61,873 nucleotides of DNA from Patescibacteria group bacterium (GCA_019428815.1 JAHYJW010000004.1:1-61873), one strand, 5' to 3'; numbered from the stretch's first letter, positions 9,606 through 19,091 are shown. Made by a program: numbers and translations. Notes: a model not told the origin generated them from the letters alone.

Positions 9606-9737
9606 ATGAAACTTCGAAAATGCCCAAGTTGCAAAACTTATAGCTTAAAGGAAACCTGTAATAAATGTAAAGGGAAAACTTCTATCGCACACTATAAGTT
9701 TATTAAAATAAAAGATTCATTAGAAAAATCAGAATAA
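9606..9737 (+). CDS. nop10: Nop10-like Zn-ribbon protein (43 aa)
   Basis: Manual ORF MKLRKCPSCKTYSLKETCNKCKGKTSIAHYKF...; TTTAAA box about 30 nt upstream; nop10 usually follows aIF2-alpha. Confidence 0.78.
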   Translation: MKLRKCPSCKTYSLKETCNKCKGKTSIAHYKFIKIKDSLEKSE

Positions 9738-9740
9738 TTT

Positions 9741-10979
9741 CTAAAGTAAAGTTTCCTGTTTTTCACCCAGGAGAACCTTTCCGTATTCCCCATCATAACC
9801 TGGTTGGACTTTAATTTTCCCATCCCTATTTTTTAATATAACATCCACTATCTTTTCTTCGACATTTTTAAGAAGTTTTTCTTTGGGAATTTTAAGAAGA
9901 ATCTCAAATTCATTTGGAAATTCTTCTAAAAGTTTGTTGTAAACTTCCCAAGTTTTCTTACTATCAACAGGACTGTTTAAAACCAAAGAGATTACCTCAT
10001 GTAAAGGAAGAATTGTGTAAAATTTTTTCAGATTATCTGGTTTAAAGCCCCTTGGTTTTATTGCAATTTCTTCTACTCTATTTTCAACTCCAATGATCAA
10101 TTGTTTTTTGCATATTGGGCATATATTCCCTAATTCAGTGGTTTTTTTAGGATCACAAGAAAAATTACAAAGGCGATGGCCATCCCGATGATATTTCCCA
10201 TATTCTGGAGGAGTTTCAATAGTAGCCTTTAAGCCCACCCCTGTCCTAATTGCAGTTATAATATTTTTATAACTCAACTCTGGTAAATCAAAAATTGTTG
10301 CCTCTCTACCTAACCTCCAAGGCCAATAAGAATGAGCGTCGGAAAAACTAAGGATGTTTATCTTACCAGAAATAAATTCTTCAAATCTACCAAGCATCTC
10401 TGGATCTGCAGAAATTCCAGATTCAACAGAGTAGATTTTATCAACTTGGTCTTGAAAACATTCTTTTAATGAATCAAATCCCGCTTTACTCCCAAAAACT
10501 CCGAACCAAGGGGTCATGCAATGCGCAAGAGAGATTTCTATCTGATCATCAATTTCTTTTAAATCTTTAACAAAATCTCTAGCGCTCATTCCAAAAATTG
10601 GTCGGCCATCGTAATCCAATCTTCCCTTACTTGATAAAAAATTCGTAATCTTATCTACAACTTTAGAATTTGGGGCAAAAACAAGAAGATGGATAGCTCT
10701 TCTCTTGCCACCCTGGGAATACATTAAACTAATTTCTGTTTGCCATATAAACGGATATCCATTAGAAGTTCTTAGGATACCTTTTTCATCTTCCTTCAAT
10801 TTTTCATCAATTTCTTTTCTCCACAAAGGATGTTGGAAATCACCAGTGCCTAAAAGATTTAATCCTTTTATTTTAGCATATTTTTCTAAGTTTTCTATTG
10901 AAAGATTTTTACTAGTAGCTCTTGAATGTCTAGAATGTATATGTAAATCTGCAATAATCTCCATCTTTTGGGTAAACAA
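9741..10979 (-). CDS. endoQ: Endonuclease Q (PHP domain + Zn finger)
   Basis: ADLHIHSRHSRATS, GTGDFQHP, DGRP, SDAHS, GKYHRDGHRLC, CPIC, PGYDGEYG; PIP-like tail QETLL. Confidence 0.9.
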   Translation of the reverse strand: MFTQKMEIIADLHIHSRHSRATSKNLSIENLEKYAKIKGLNLLGTGDFQHPLWRKEIDEKLKEDEKGILRTSNGYPFIWQTEISLMYSQGGKRRAIHLLVFAPNSKVVDKITNFLSSKGRLDYDGRPIFGMSARDFVKDLKEIDDQIEISLAHCMTPWFGVFGSKAGFDSLKECFQDQVDKIYSVESGISADPEMLGRFEEFISGKINILSFSDAHSYWPWRLGREATIFDLPELSYKNIITAIRTGVGLKATIETPPEYGKYHRDGHRLCNFSCDPKKTTELGNICPICKKQLIIGVENRVEEIAIKPRGFKPDNLKKFYTILPLHEVISLVLNSPVDSKKTWEVYNKLLEEFPNEFEILLKIPKEKLLKNVEEKIVDVILKNRDGKIKVQPGYDGEYGKVLLGEKQETLL

Positions 10980-11044
10980 AAGAAGTTTTTAATAGTTTAT
11001 ATCCCCCGGTCTTATCAAAATAAGATTAATAAAAAATAAAAAAT

Positions 11045-11647
11045 TTATTCAGTAGCTAAAAACGCCCACCATGGCTTTTTTGCTTGTATAACTTCTTCAG
11101 TTTCTGCGTCAATTTGTGCCCTTACTTGCATCTTAGTTTTAAACATAGCCAAAACTCGTGCTTCTTTTTGGGCCTTAACTTCATAAGCTAATTTAGCTTG
11201 CTCTCCATTACCTACCTCTTTTAATTCTATTGAGCAATTATTTTCAGAATTACAAAAGTTTAGTTGTAGTCTCTCAATAGCTCTTTCTGAAGCGGTATTA
11301 GGCATTACTTTAATTTCTGCATTTCTCCCATTGGAAAGTTGAGTTTTAAGTTTTGTCCTGTTTTGAGCAGAGTCATATTCTGAGCCTATTTGCATTTTAG
11401 ACTTAGCTTCAACTCCTCCAACTTGTAACCTAGTTTCATTTCCAACCCCCTCACGAATTTGCATCTGTTCACCTGCCTGATTCATATAGGTCCCTGCTTG
11501 AACTCTTACCTGGTTTTGGTTCAAAGATCCTGTATAATTCTGAGTTCCATTAGCTACCCCTTGCCCATTTCCAGAATTTCCATTAGCTGCTAAAACTAAA
11601 GAACTTGTTATTAAAAAGATTAAGAAAATTAAAAATTCTTTTTTCAT
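11045..11647 (-). CDS. Secreted protein, PepSY-like C-terminus ending KKPWWAFLA
   Basis: Signal peptide, N/G/Q-rich linker, YEV...AQIDAETEEVI; AGGAGG upstream. Confidence 0.7.
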   Translation of the reverse strand: MKKEFLIFLIFLITSSLVLAANGNSGNGQGVANGTQNYTGSLNQNQVRVQAGTYMNQAGEQMQIREGVGNETRLQVGGVEAKSKMQIGSEYDSAQNRTKLKTQLSNGRNAEIKVMPNTASERAIERLQLNFCNSENNCSIELKEVGNGEQAKLAYEVKAQKEARVLAMFKTKMQVRAQIDAETEEVIQAKKPWWAFLATE

Positions 11648-11874
11648 TGTTTTTTACCTCCTTTCAATTGTTCATTTTTATTGAAAGGGATATTTCTTTT
11701 CTTAAAGAGATTGATTGCATAGTTTAATGTTAATTTTTTCATTATAAAATAAATAAAAGACTATTATTAAATTTAATGTTTTTAAAGAATAAAAAAGGTA
11801 TACCAAAATTTCCTATAATCTTTTAATAATTTCTCTTTATCTTTTTATTTCTCTTAAGAATACAATCCATTAAA

Positions 11875-12633
11875 ATGCCTCTACGAGGAAGAAAACAACC
11901 TGTCCAGAAATCTGGGTGTAGTTATTTTATTTGTATAGTAAAAAGAATGTTAACAAGTTAATATATTTTACAGTTTTTACTTTCTTTCTATAGTTCCATC
12001 CCAAGCATAAGGCATTAAATCTCTAAGTTTAACTTTCTTTGATGAAGAGATAATAACCTCAGAATCCCAATTTTTTTTAGAAGTTTGATGAATCATCTCC
12101 CTACATTTTCCACATGGAGGTATAACTTCATATCTCTTTCTTTTTTCATCATACCAAACAGCAACAATTTTTTTAATTATCTTTTCGCCATTAGAAATCA
12201 TTGCCCCTATTGCCTGATACTCTCCACAAGAACCAATACCGCAATAATGTCCAATGCAAACTCCTTGAAATATATTGCCTTTTGAAGTGATCAATGCTGC
12301 ACCAACATCTCCAGTATCAATTAAATTAACTGGTTTTGATTTTACAATAATCTCTTTAGCCTTCTCAATAAGTTCTTTATCCTCTTTTGTTAGATTATAA
12401 GTTTTCATTTCATCCTCTTTTAAAACACAAAAAGAAAAACATATAAAAATCTATCTTAAATCCAAATCTGTGTTTTTATCTTCTGCTTCCAGTTCAGCCC
12501 TCTTCCCTTACATTTATATGGATCTTTTTTTCCGGCCTCATTATTTTATAAGACAAACTGATTTTATAACCAGTTTGTATATACACTTATAAGCCCTGAA
12601 AACAGGACAGGAGGTTGTATGCCCCCACGAGGA
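11875..12633. mobile_element. tRNA-Arg-anchored mini-island (about 0.75 kb) carrying a deaminase
   Basis: ATGCCTCTACGAGGA (11875-11889) vs ATGCCCCCACGAGGA (12619-12633), 13/15 identical; the distal copy pairs perfectly with the tRNA 5' strand. Confidence 0.6.
11977..12408 (-). CDS. Cytidine deaminase (three-Cys, tetrameric CDA/blasticidin-S deaminase-like)
   Basis: VGAALIT, SCGE and PPCGKCREM motifs. Confidence 0.85.
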   Translation of the reverse strand: MKTYNLTKEDKELIEKAKEIIVKSKPVNLIDTGDVGAALITSKGNIFQGVCIGHYCGIGSCGEYQAIGAMISNGEKIIKKIVAVWYDEKRKRYEVIPPCGKCREMIHQTSKKNWDSEVIISSSKKVKLRDLMPYAWDGTIERK

Positions 12634-12692
12634 CTCGAACCCCGATATCTTCCTCCGCAAGGAAGTATTCTATCCAATTGAATTATAGAGGC
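12620..12692 (-). tRNA. tRNA-Arg(GCG)
   Basis: GCCTCTA...CTTCC-TTGCGGA-GGAAG...GGTTCGAGTCC...TGGGGGCA cloverleaf, 73 nt. Confidence 0.93.
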
Positions 12693-12842
12693 ATTAAATT
12701 AACTTAATCTTATCTTCTATTTTATTAACGAGTTATTTTATACTTTTTTTATACTTTTGGGATTTATTTAGGAAAATTAATTGAGGGTTTGCCTAAGAAT
12801 TATTGACTTTTAAAATGAAAAAAAGTTAGTTTATATCCCCTT

Positions 12843-14120
12843 TTAGATTCCCATTAAGAGGTTGTTATATATACTAATGATATTCTCTACAAAGTCTGTA
12901 TCTGCACCAGTAGTACAGCCCCAGCCATTATATCCTCTAAGAGCAGCTAACCACCCAGAGTAAGTCCCATACTTAGGGTATCTTTGAACACAATTATGAA
13001 TCATGGTTTTAAAAGAATTTACGTTTCGATAAGGCCAACTCTCATAAATCCCTCCCCCAAACTCATTATATTTTTCTTTAAAAAGAGCTACCCCCGCTTC
13101 AATATTTTTCTCAGGGTTGTTGATTAGGACATTTTTACATTCTTCTCTATTCTTTGGGAGCCCCCATTTACCACAGGCATTAGCAACATTTATCTGGAAT
13201 AAACCATAACAAGCATGTGTAGATGCTGTATTAGACACGCAGCTACTTTCTTGAATCATTAATGCAACTAGAATAAGGGGATCATCTATCCCCCTTTTTG
13301 TTGACTCGCGAACGATCCATTTAGCATAATTTTTACAATTACTATTTGAACCACAGACACAATTTTTGGGGGTATTAAAAGAATTATAAACTTTATTATC
13401 TCTCGCATAAATCAAAGCATTATAAACTAAATCTTCTTTAGATCGAACTTCTTTTTTAGGAAAAATAGAATTAAAAAAGAAAGAAAAATTCCCAAAAAAT
13501 GAAGTTTCTTCTTCATTAATATCAGAACATCCATCTTCAGATTTTTTATAACTATAAGCAACACCTTCCCCATTAGTATTATGAGATGTTATTTCGATTG
13601 CATAGCCTTTTTTCTTATCCACACAATAAACTTCTGTTTCCCCGGGGTTTAATTTGATTACAAAAGGGGGGCTAAATGATGCTTCAAATTCAAAATTCTC
13701 ATCAACAGATGCAGAGCCAATTCTATCATCAAATGTTGTAATAATAGCCCTCTGTCCAGATCTTAGGGGATTATCAGGAGTTACATCTTTTCTAATTTCT
13801 CCTTGAGGGCAATAACATTCAGGTATATCAAAACCACCCATTTCTGTTTTCCCAAATTCAGAAAACCACTGACAAGTATCTTGATAAGATTTTCCCTCGA
13901 ATCTTAAGACTCTTTCTAAATCACAATAATCAGATTCGCTACCTGATAAACAAGCAAGTTCACAAGCAGTAGCCATAGAGTTAACGTTATCTTTACTAAT
14001 AAACGGGTTAATATTACCCCACCCTAAACTAAATCCCAAAATAAGTATAACCAAAATGACTAAACCTAAAATAATTAAGATTATTGCGTTTACACTAAGA
14101 CTTTGACCTCTTTTTAGCAT
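12843..14120 (-). CDS. Type IV pilin fused to an SLT-type lytic transglycosylase domain
   Basis: Class III signal KRG|QSLS + hydrophobic helix; C-terminal ALMIQESS, YGLFQIN, NPEKNIEAG and ALRGYNG. Confidence 0.82.
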   Translation of the reverse strand: MLKRGQSLSVNAIILIILGLVILVILILGFSLGWGNINPFISKDNVNSMATACELACLSGSESDYCDLERVLRFEGKSYQDTCQWFSEFGKTEMGGFDIPECYCPQGEIRKDVTPDNPLRSGQRAIITTFDDRIGSASVDENFEFEASFSPPFVIKLNPGETEVYCVDKKKGYAIEITSHNTNGEGVAYSYKKSEDGCSDINEEETSFFGNFSFFFNSIFPKKEVRSKEDLVYNALIYARDNKVYNSFNTPKNCVCGSNSNCKNYAKWIVRESTKRGIDDPLILVALMIQESSCVSNTASTHACYGLFQINVANACGKWGLPKNREECKNVLINNPEKNIEAGVALFKEKYNEFGGGIYESWPYRNVNSFKTMIHNCVQRYPKYGTYSGWLAALRGYNGWGCTTGADTDFVENIISIYNNLLMGI

Positions 14121-14282
14121 TTTAAAGAAAAGGTTATCTGATTTATAATTTTTGTGGTAAAAAGATTTTAAAAAAGAGATTTTAAAGAAAGAGGTATCCT
14201 CCTAGGTTTTATGTAATAAATTAAATATCTAAAAAAATTAAGTGTATAAAATTTAAATTAAATTAAAAGAATTAAAAATTTC

Positions 14283-15311
14283 TCAATCAACAATCCCTCC
14301 AACAGTTACATTAAAGACAGTTTCATTATCTGGTAAATCGGGGGAGTCAATCATCTTAGCAACACGACTTCCTGCTTTACCTCTTCTCAAATAAATTCTG
14401 TATGTTGCAGCATGACCTACTATATGGCCCCCAATAGCAGTAGTAGGATCTCCAAAAAGTTGTGCGGGGTTTGCCATTACTTGATTTGTAACATAAACTG
14501 CCAAATTATGAGTTTCAGATAACCTCATAAGTTGATGCATATACCTATTAAGTCTTTGTTGCCTATCTGCTAGTTGGCCTCTTCCAGAAAATTCTGCCCT
14601 AAAATGTGCAGTTAAACTATCAATTATAAGAATTTTTATTGGTTCTCCGTTTTTGATCATTTCAGAAACTTTGTCTAAAAGAAGAATTTGATGATCAGAA
14701 TTAAATGCTCTAGCAACTAGAATATTTTTTAGGACTTTTTCTGGATTTGCTCCAAGATGTTCTGCAATTTGTTTAACCCTTGAGGGTCTAAAAGTACCTT
14801 CAGTGTCAATAAAAACACATTTTCCGCTAACTCCCCCTTTTTCAGGTGGAAGTTGAACATTTACAGCTAAAGTTAATCCTAATTGGGTTTTTCCACTACC
14901 AAAAGCCCCGAAAGCTTCAGTTATTGCCCTTGAAGTAATCCCTCTGCCTCCTAAAAGAGCATTTAAACTTTCACTTCCAGTTGTGATATAATGAATACTC
15001 TCTCTCTTTTTAGCATATTCTGTGCCATCCATAAATCCTAAATCAAGCATCCCTCTTGCAGCTTGAATTGCTTTTCTCGCTACAGCTTCTCCTACTCCTG
15101 CAACATCAGATAAATCAGAGGGGGTCATCACCGCAAGACTCATTAGGTCGTAAATTCCTGCAGCTTCTAGCTTTGCAGAAACAGTGGGCCCAATTCCGGG
15201 AAGGTCTGTAAGTTTAGGTTCTTTATCTTTTCCAGTTTCTTTTTTTAATTCGGGATTAATCTCCTCAGAAACCGCATCTTTAATTTTTGATACTTCTTTT
15301 TTTAAGGTCAT
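14283..15311 (-). CDS. radA: DNA repair and recombination protein RadA
   Basis: N-terminal HhH, GAFGSGKTQ, IDTEGTFRP, IIDSLTAHFRAE, IGGHIVGH. Confidence 0.97.
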   Translation of the reverse strand: MTLKKEVSKIKDAVSEEINPELKKETGKDKEPKLTDLPGIGPTVSAKLEAAGIYDLMSLAVMTPSDLSDVAGVGEAVARKAIQAARGMLDLGFMDGTEYAKKRESIHYITTGSESLNALLGGRGITSRAITEAFGAFGSGKTQLGLTLAVNVQLPPEKGGVSGKCVFIDTEGTFRPSRVKQIAEHLGANPEKVLKNILVARAFNSDHQILLLDKVSEMIKNGEPIKILIIDSLTAHFRAEFSGRGQLADRQQRLNRYMHQLMRLSETHNLAVYVTNQVMANPAQLFGDPTTAIGGHIVGHAATYRIYLRRGKAGSRVAKMIDSPDLPDNETVFNVTVGGIVD

Positions 15312-15400
15312 GATTTTCTAAGCTAAAGTTGATTTATAAAGATTATTTAACTTTGATATAATCTTTAGTTCTTCGTAAAAAGGATTAGTAGCCCCCCTTT

Positions 15401-15832
15401 TCAATCCTCTTCTTTTGTAATTTTTGGAGCTCTATACTCATACCAGCTAACTTTTTTATTGTCAATTGCTTCTTTAAGCTTCTTCTCAGAAGGAGAAAGG
15501 TTGGAATTGCCACTTTTAACCTCTACAAAGACAACTTCTTCAATATTTTTTCCATCCATCCCCTTAAAAACAATTAAATCTATGGGTTTACCCATAAATC
15601 TACATTCTGTAGGGGAAAAAGGAAAATTAGGTAAAAATGGAGCAAGTTGTTCTGAAAATTGGCCTCCAAGAATTGCTCTTGATTTTAATATGGCATCTTT
15701 TCTATGAACAGGAATTTCAGATTCCCAATATTTATCCCTTCTAAAGGCCCCAGCCTTATAACCAAAATAATATGCAAAGATTAGTCCAAATAAAAACAGA
15801 ATAAAAAAAGAGATAATTACTACATCTACCAT
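15401..15832 (-). CDS. Membrane-anchored Holliday junction resolvase-like PD-(D/E)xK endonuclease
   Basis: N-terminal TM; SRAILGGQFSEQLAPF, FMGKPIDLIVF, FVEVKSG. Confidence 0.85.
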   Translation of the reverse strand: MVDVVIISFFILFLFGLIFAYYFGYKAGAFRRDKYWESEIPVHRKDAILKSRAILGGQFSEQLAPFLPNFPFSPTECRFMGKPIDLIVFKGMDGKNIEEVVFVEVKSGNSNLSPSEKKLKEAIDNKKVSWYEYRAPKITKEED

Positions 15833-15865
15833 ATTATTAATATATGAAACCTCTTTTTATTAAAG

Positions 15866-16819
15866 TTATGAATTGGATTTTTCCAGTTTATTAATAGTTT
15901 CTTCCATATCCACTTCATTAACATCTTCAACGATTATTTCTAAATTATTAAAAAAATTGTTTAATTTTATATTACCCGAAAAAATCATTTCTTTACCTAA
16001 AAGGTCTCCTTTTTGTTTAGAAAGTTTTTCTAAGTCTTCAAAATCAGTAATTCCTAATTTATTAAGAGGTTCTTGAAACAAAACCGCACGAATAGACTCT
16101 GTTCCATCGTCAAGAACTAAGGTTAATATGGCCCTTTTTTCAGGAACAACCTTCCCGTGGGTGTTACAATGAAATATATCCCCTTCCTTTTCAACCTTTT
16201 TTTTGCATTCTGGACAAACATTAAAAAATTTAGGTTCGAATGCCTGAACAACAAAAGCTCTTACACTAACACTTTCTCCTTTTAAAAAATTTACAATCTC
16301 CTTTTCTTTGAATACTTTTTTAGTTACAATGTCCTCAATAGTCTCTTTACTTACATTTATTTCCGAAAAGTTTCCTAAATGAATCTCATTGTCTCTCATA
16401 GACCCATTTTTAATTTCAATAACTGTTCCATCTTTGATGTCCCCTTTTTCTATGAGTGCTACATGATTAGTATCCCAAAGAACTACTCGTACATTAGATG
16501 AATCATCTGCAATCCAAAGGTTAACAACTTTTGATTCGTCGCCCCTTTTAGTTTTAAAAGATCTGACAGGGGAAATATTTAATACCTTTCCCAAAACCTT
16601 TACATTTCTCATTCCGGGAAGTAATTCTCCTAGTTTTAGTATCTCATCTTCAAAAGAAACACCTAATTCAGATGCAATAACCTGGGCAGCCCCCTCTTTG
16701 CTGATAAGACCAGAAAGTTTAGATCTTTTTTCTTTTATCTTTTCTTCAATTTCTTCTTTTTTAATTCCTGAGATATTTGAAATTTTTTCAACAATTCTCT
16801 CATAATTTCCACTTGTCAT
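15866..16819 (-). CDS. rpa: Replication protein A-like OB-fold ssDNA-binding protein
   Basis: Two OB folds (ADDSSNVRVVLWD, LDDGTESIRAV) and CPEC...CNTH Zn finger. Confidence 0.85.
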   Translation of the reverse strand: MTSGNYERIVEKISNISGIKKEEIEEKIKEKRSKLSGLISKEGAAQVIASELGVSFEDEILKLGELLPGMRNVKVLGKVLNISPVRSFKTKRGDESKVVNLWIADDSSNVRVVLWDTNHVALIEKGDIKDGTVIEIKNGSMRDNEIHLGNFSEINVSKETIEDIVTKKVFKEKEIVNFLKGESVSVRAFVVQAFEPKFFNVCPECKKKVEKEGDIFHCNTHGKVVPEKRAILTLVLDDGTESIRAVLFQEPLNKLGITDFEDLEKLSKQKGDLLGKEMIFSGNIKLNNFFNNLEIIVEDVNEVDMEETINKLEKSNS

Positions 16820-16926
16820 TAAAGAACAAAAGTATTTCCTTTTTTAAGTATTTTGATAATAAAGGGGGGAAATCTTTTAGGGATAATAAAAAATAAGTTT
16901 ATAAATCCCTTTTCTTAACCTAGATA

Positions 16927-17199
16927 ATGGGGATAGTAATAGTAAAAATAAAGATTATGCCTACATCTTTAGAAGCAAATATTGAAGAAATTCAAAAAAA
17001 TGTAGAAGGACTCTTAGAAAAAGAGGGGACAAAAAATAAGCTTTTTGAGATACAACCAATAGCATTCGGATTAAATGCCTTAATCTTGACTTTTGAATGG
17101 CCAGAAGAAAAGGTTTTAGAAGACTTTGAAAATTCTCTTAGAGAAATAGAGAATGTGGGTTCTATAGAAATAATAGATATGAGAAGAGCTTTAGGTTAA
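16927..17199 (+). CDS. ef1b: Elongation factor 1-beta
   Basis: KIKIMPTS and PIAFGLNAL; 90 aa. Confidence 0.93.
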   Translation: MGIVIVKIKIMPTSLEANIEEIQKNVEGLLEKEGTKNKLFEIQPIAFGLNALILTFEWPEEKVLEDFENSLREIENVGSIEIIDMRRALG

Positions 17200-17255
17200 A
17201 CTAAAAAACCTGATTTAAAAAGGAATTTCTTAGGTACAGACACCAAAAAATTAAG

Positions 17256-17906
17256 ATGTTAGATAGAAAAGAATCAGAAGCAATAAAAAAAGAATTAATC
17301 AGTCATATTGAAAAAAATTTTCCAGAAGATAAAAAAGATTTTGCAAAAAGTCAGATATTATCTATGGAAGATAAACGACTTGAGGAATTTTTAGAAGAAA
17401 ATGGTATCCGTTTGAATACTGAAAAAAAAGATGATAGGGAGGACTCTTCTTGCATTTTCTGTTTGATTGCTTCAAATAAAATAAGATCCTACCCTCTTAA
17501 AGAAGATGAGAATGCTATTGCAGTACTTGAAATAAATCCCCTATCAAAGGGGCATACAATCATAATTCCAAAAAAGCATATCCCTCTTTCAGAAAAAATT
17601 CCTTCTTCAGTTTCTTCTTTTATAAAAGAGCTTACTGAAAGAATAAAAGATAATCTAAATCCTGAAAGAATAGAGGTTATGTTATCAAACATTGAGGGTC
17701 ATGGAATAATCAATTTAATTCCTGTTTATGGAAAAGAAATAAATAAGGAAAGAAAAAAAGCAGATATAAAAGAATTAGAAGAAGTTAAAGAACTTCTTTC
17801 TAGCTCTCAGAAAGAAAAAGTTATAAAAAAAAGCAAAAAAAAGAAAGTGACTCTTATAAATACAAATAAAGAAAAAAGTATCTGGCTACCAAAGAGAATT
17901 CCTTAA
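17256..17906 (+). CDS. HIT-family protein with degenerate histidine triad
   Basis: CIFCLI, INPLSKGHTIIIPKKH; the triad region reads GHGIINLIP. Confidence 0.8.
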   Translation: MLDRKESEAIKKELISHIEKNFPEDKKDFAKSQILSMEDKRLEEFLEENGIRLNTEKKDDREDSSCIFCLIASNKIRSYPLKEDENAIAVLEINPLSKGHTIIIPKKHIPLSEKIPSSVSSFIKELTERIKDNLNPERIEVMLSNIEGHGIINLIPVYGKEINKERKKADIKELEEVKELLSSSQKEKVIKKSKKKKVTLINTNKEKSIWLPKRIP

Positions 17907-18746
17907 AAAACTCCAAAAATTTTCAAATAATCCTAAAAAGATTATAAAAATAAAAATTATAAAGGCTATTAGAAAAACTGGCGAGAAAGCTATTCCTTCT
18001 CTAATTTTTACCCTCTTTTTCTCTTTTTTTATTTTGATTATATCTTCTTTTCTAAGTCCCCCCCAATTTGCTTTGATAAGTCCTCTTTTTAGTTTAACAT
18101 CACGATAAAGCCAGTCTCCTTCTGTTAATTTATTTGTACTAACCGTTTTAACCAAACAAGATTCATCGACTGCCTTGATATAAATATAAAGTTGACATAA
18201 GAATAAGGGGATTAAAAAAAGGATAAAAAGACTTTTTTCAAAAAAACCTAAAAGAATTAAAAAAAAGCTGAACAAAAAAGAAAAATAGACTATTTTTTTA
18301 TTTTTCTTTAATAGATGAAGGAACTCTTTTTTAAAATTATTAAAATTCATAAAACTTAAGAGAATACTAGAAATTAGAGTGTACATTGCACCAATGATAA
18401 AAAAAGAAATTACAAAAAAACCAAAAAATCTCAGATTTTGAAGTAGATTATCTGATATCGGGAGGATTGCTCCTAAAGCAATCATAAGTTTGGCATCTCC
18501 ACCTGCAAAAAACTTACCATAATAAAAAAGATTTCCGATGACAAAGAAGATAGCTAAACCGATTAATCCCTGATAAAATAAAGAGAAGTTATCTGAAAAA
18601 AGACTAAAGAAAAATCTAAATCCTAAAGCAAAGATTATCAAACTAAAGTTTAGCCAATTTGCAATCTCTTTTGTTCTTAAATCTTGGATAGTTGCAAAAA
18701 AAATCCAGATTATTGCTAAAGAAAAAAGGAATATCAAATGTAACAT
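17886..18746 (-). CDS. Prepilin (class III signal) peptidase, A24 family
   Basis: QDLRTKEIAN and FAGGDAKL aspartate motifs, LTEGDWL, multiple TMs. Confidence 0.9.
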   Translation of the reverse strand: MLHLIFLFSLAIIWIFFATIQDLRTKEIANWLNFSLIIFALGFRFFFSLFSDNFSLFYQGLIGLAIFFVIGNLFYYGKFFAGGDAKLMIALGAILPISDNLLQNLRFFGFFVISFFIIGAMYTLISSILLSFMNFNNFKKEFLHLLKKNKKIVYFSFLFSFFLILLGFFEKSLFILFLIPLFLCQLYIYIKAVDESCLVKTVSTNKLTEGDWLYRDVKLKRGLIKANWGGLRKEDIIKIKKEKKRVKIREGIAFSPVFLIAFIIFIFIIFLGLFENFWSFLRNSLW

Positions 18747-18875
18747 ATATAATCTTATGAATTTAGATTTATAAAATGCTCGAACAAAAAAGAAAAATCT
18801 TCGTTTTTTTAAATTAAAGAATAAAAAACCAAAAAATTAATGTCCTTTTTTAATTTGACTATTATCACAAATAAA

Positions 18876-18995
18876 CTAATCTTCTTTACTATGACTTATT
18901 GTTCTTTGTCTTCCACCTTTTTTATAGGGATGTTTTTTTCTATCTTTTTTCTTATCTTTTCTTTTGTTCCTTTGTTGGGGGGTAACATAATCCAT
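18876..18995 (-). CDS. Small basic protein (39 aa)
   Basis: Manual ORF MDYVTPQQRNKRKDKKKDRKKHPYKKGGRQRTISHSKED; AT-rich TATA-like box about 25 nt upstream. Confidence 0.45.
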   Translation of the reverse strand: MDYVTPQQRNKRKDKKKDRKKHPYKKGGRQRTISHSKED

Positions 18996-19091
18996 AAACT
19001 CAAGAAATAAATTTACCTTAATATATTTTTCTTTTTATAAAAAGTATAAAAAGAAAAAATTAGTTATCTGTTCAAAAAACCAACCTTAATC

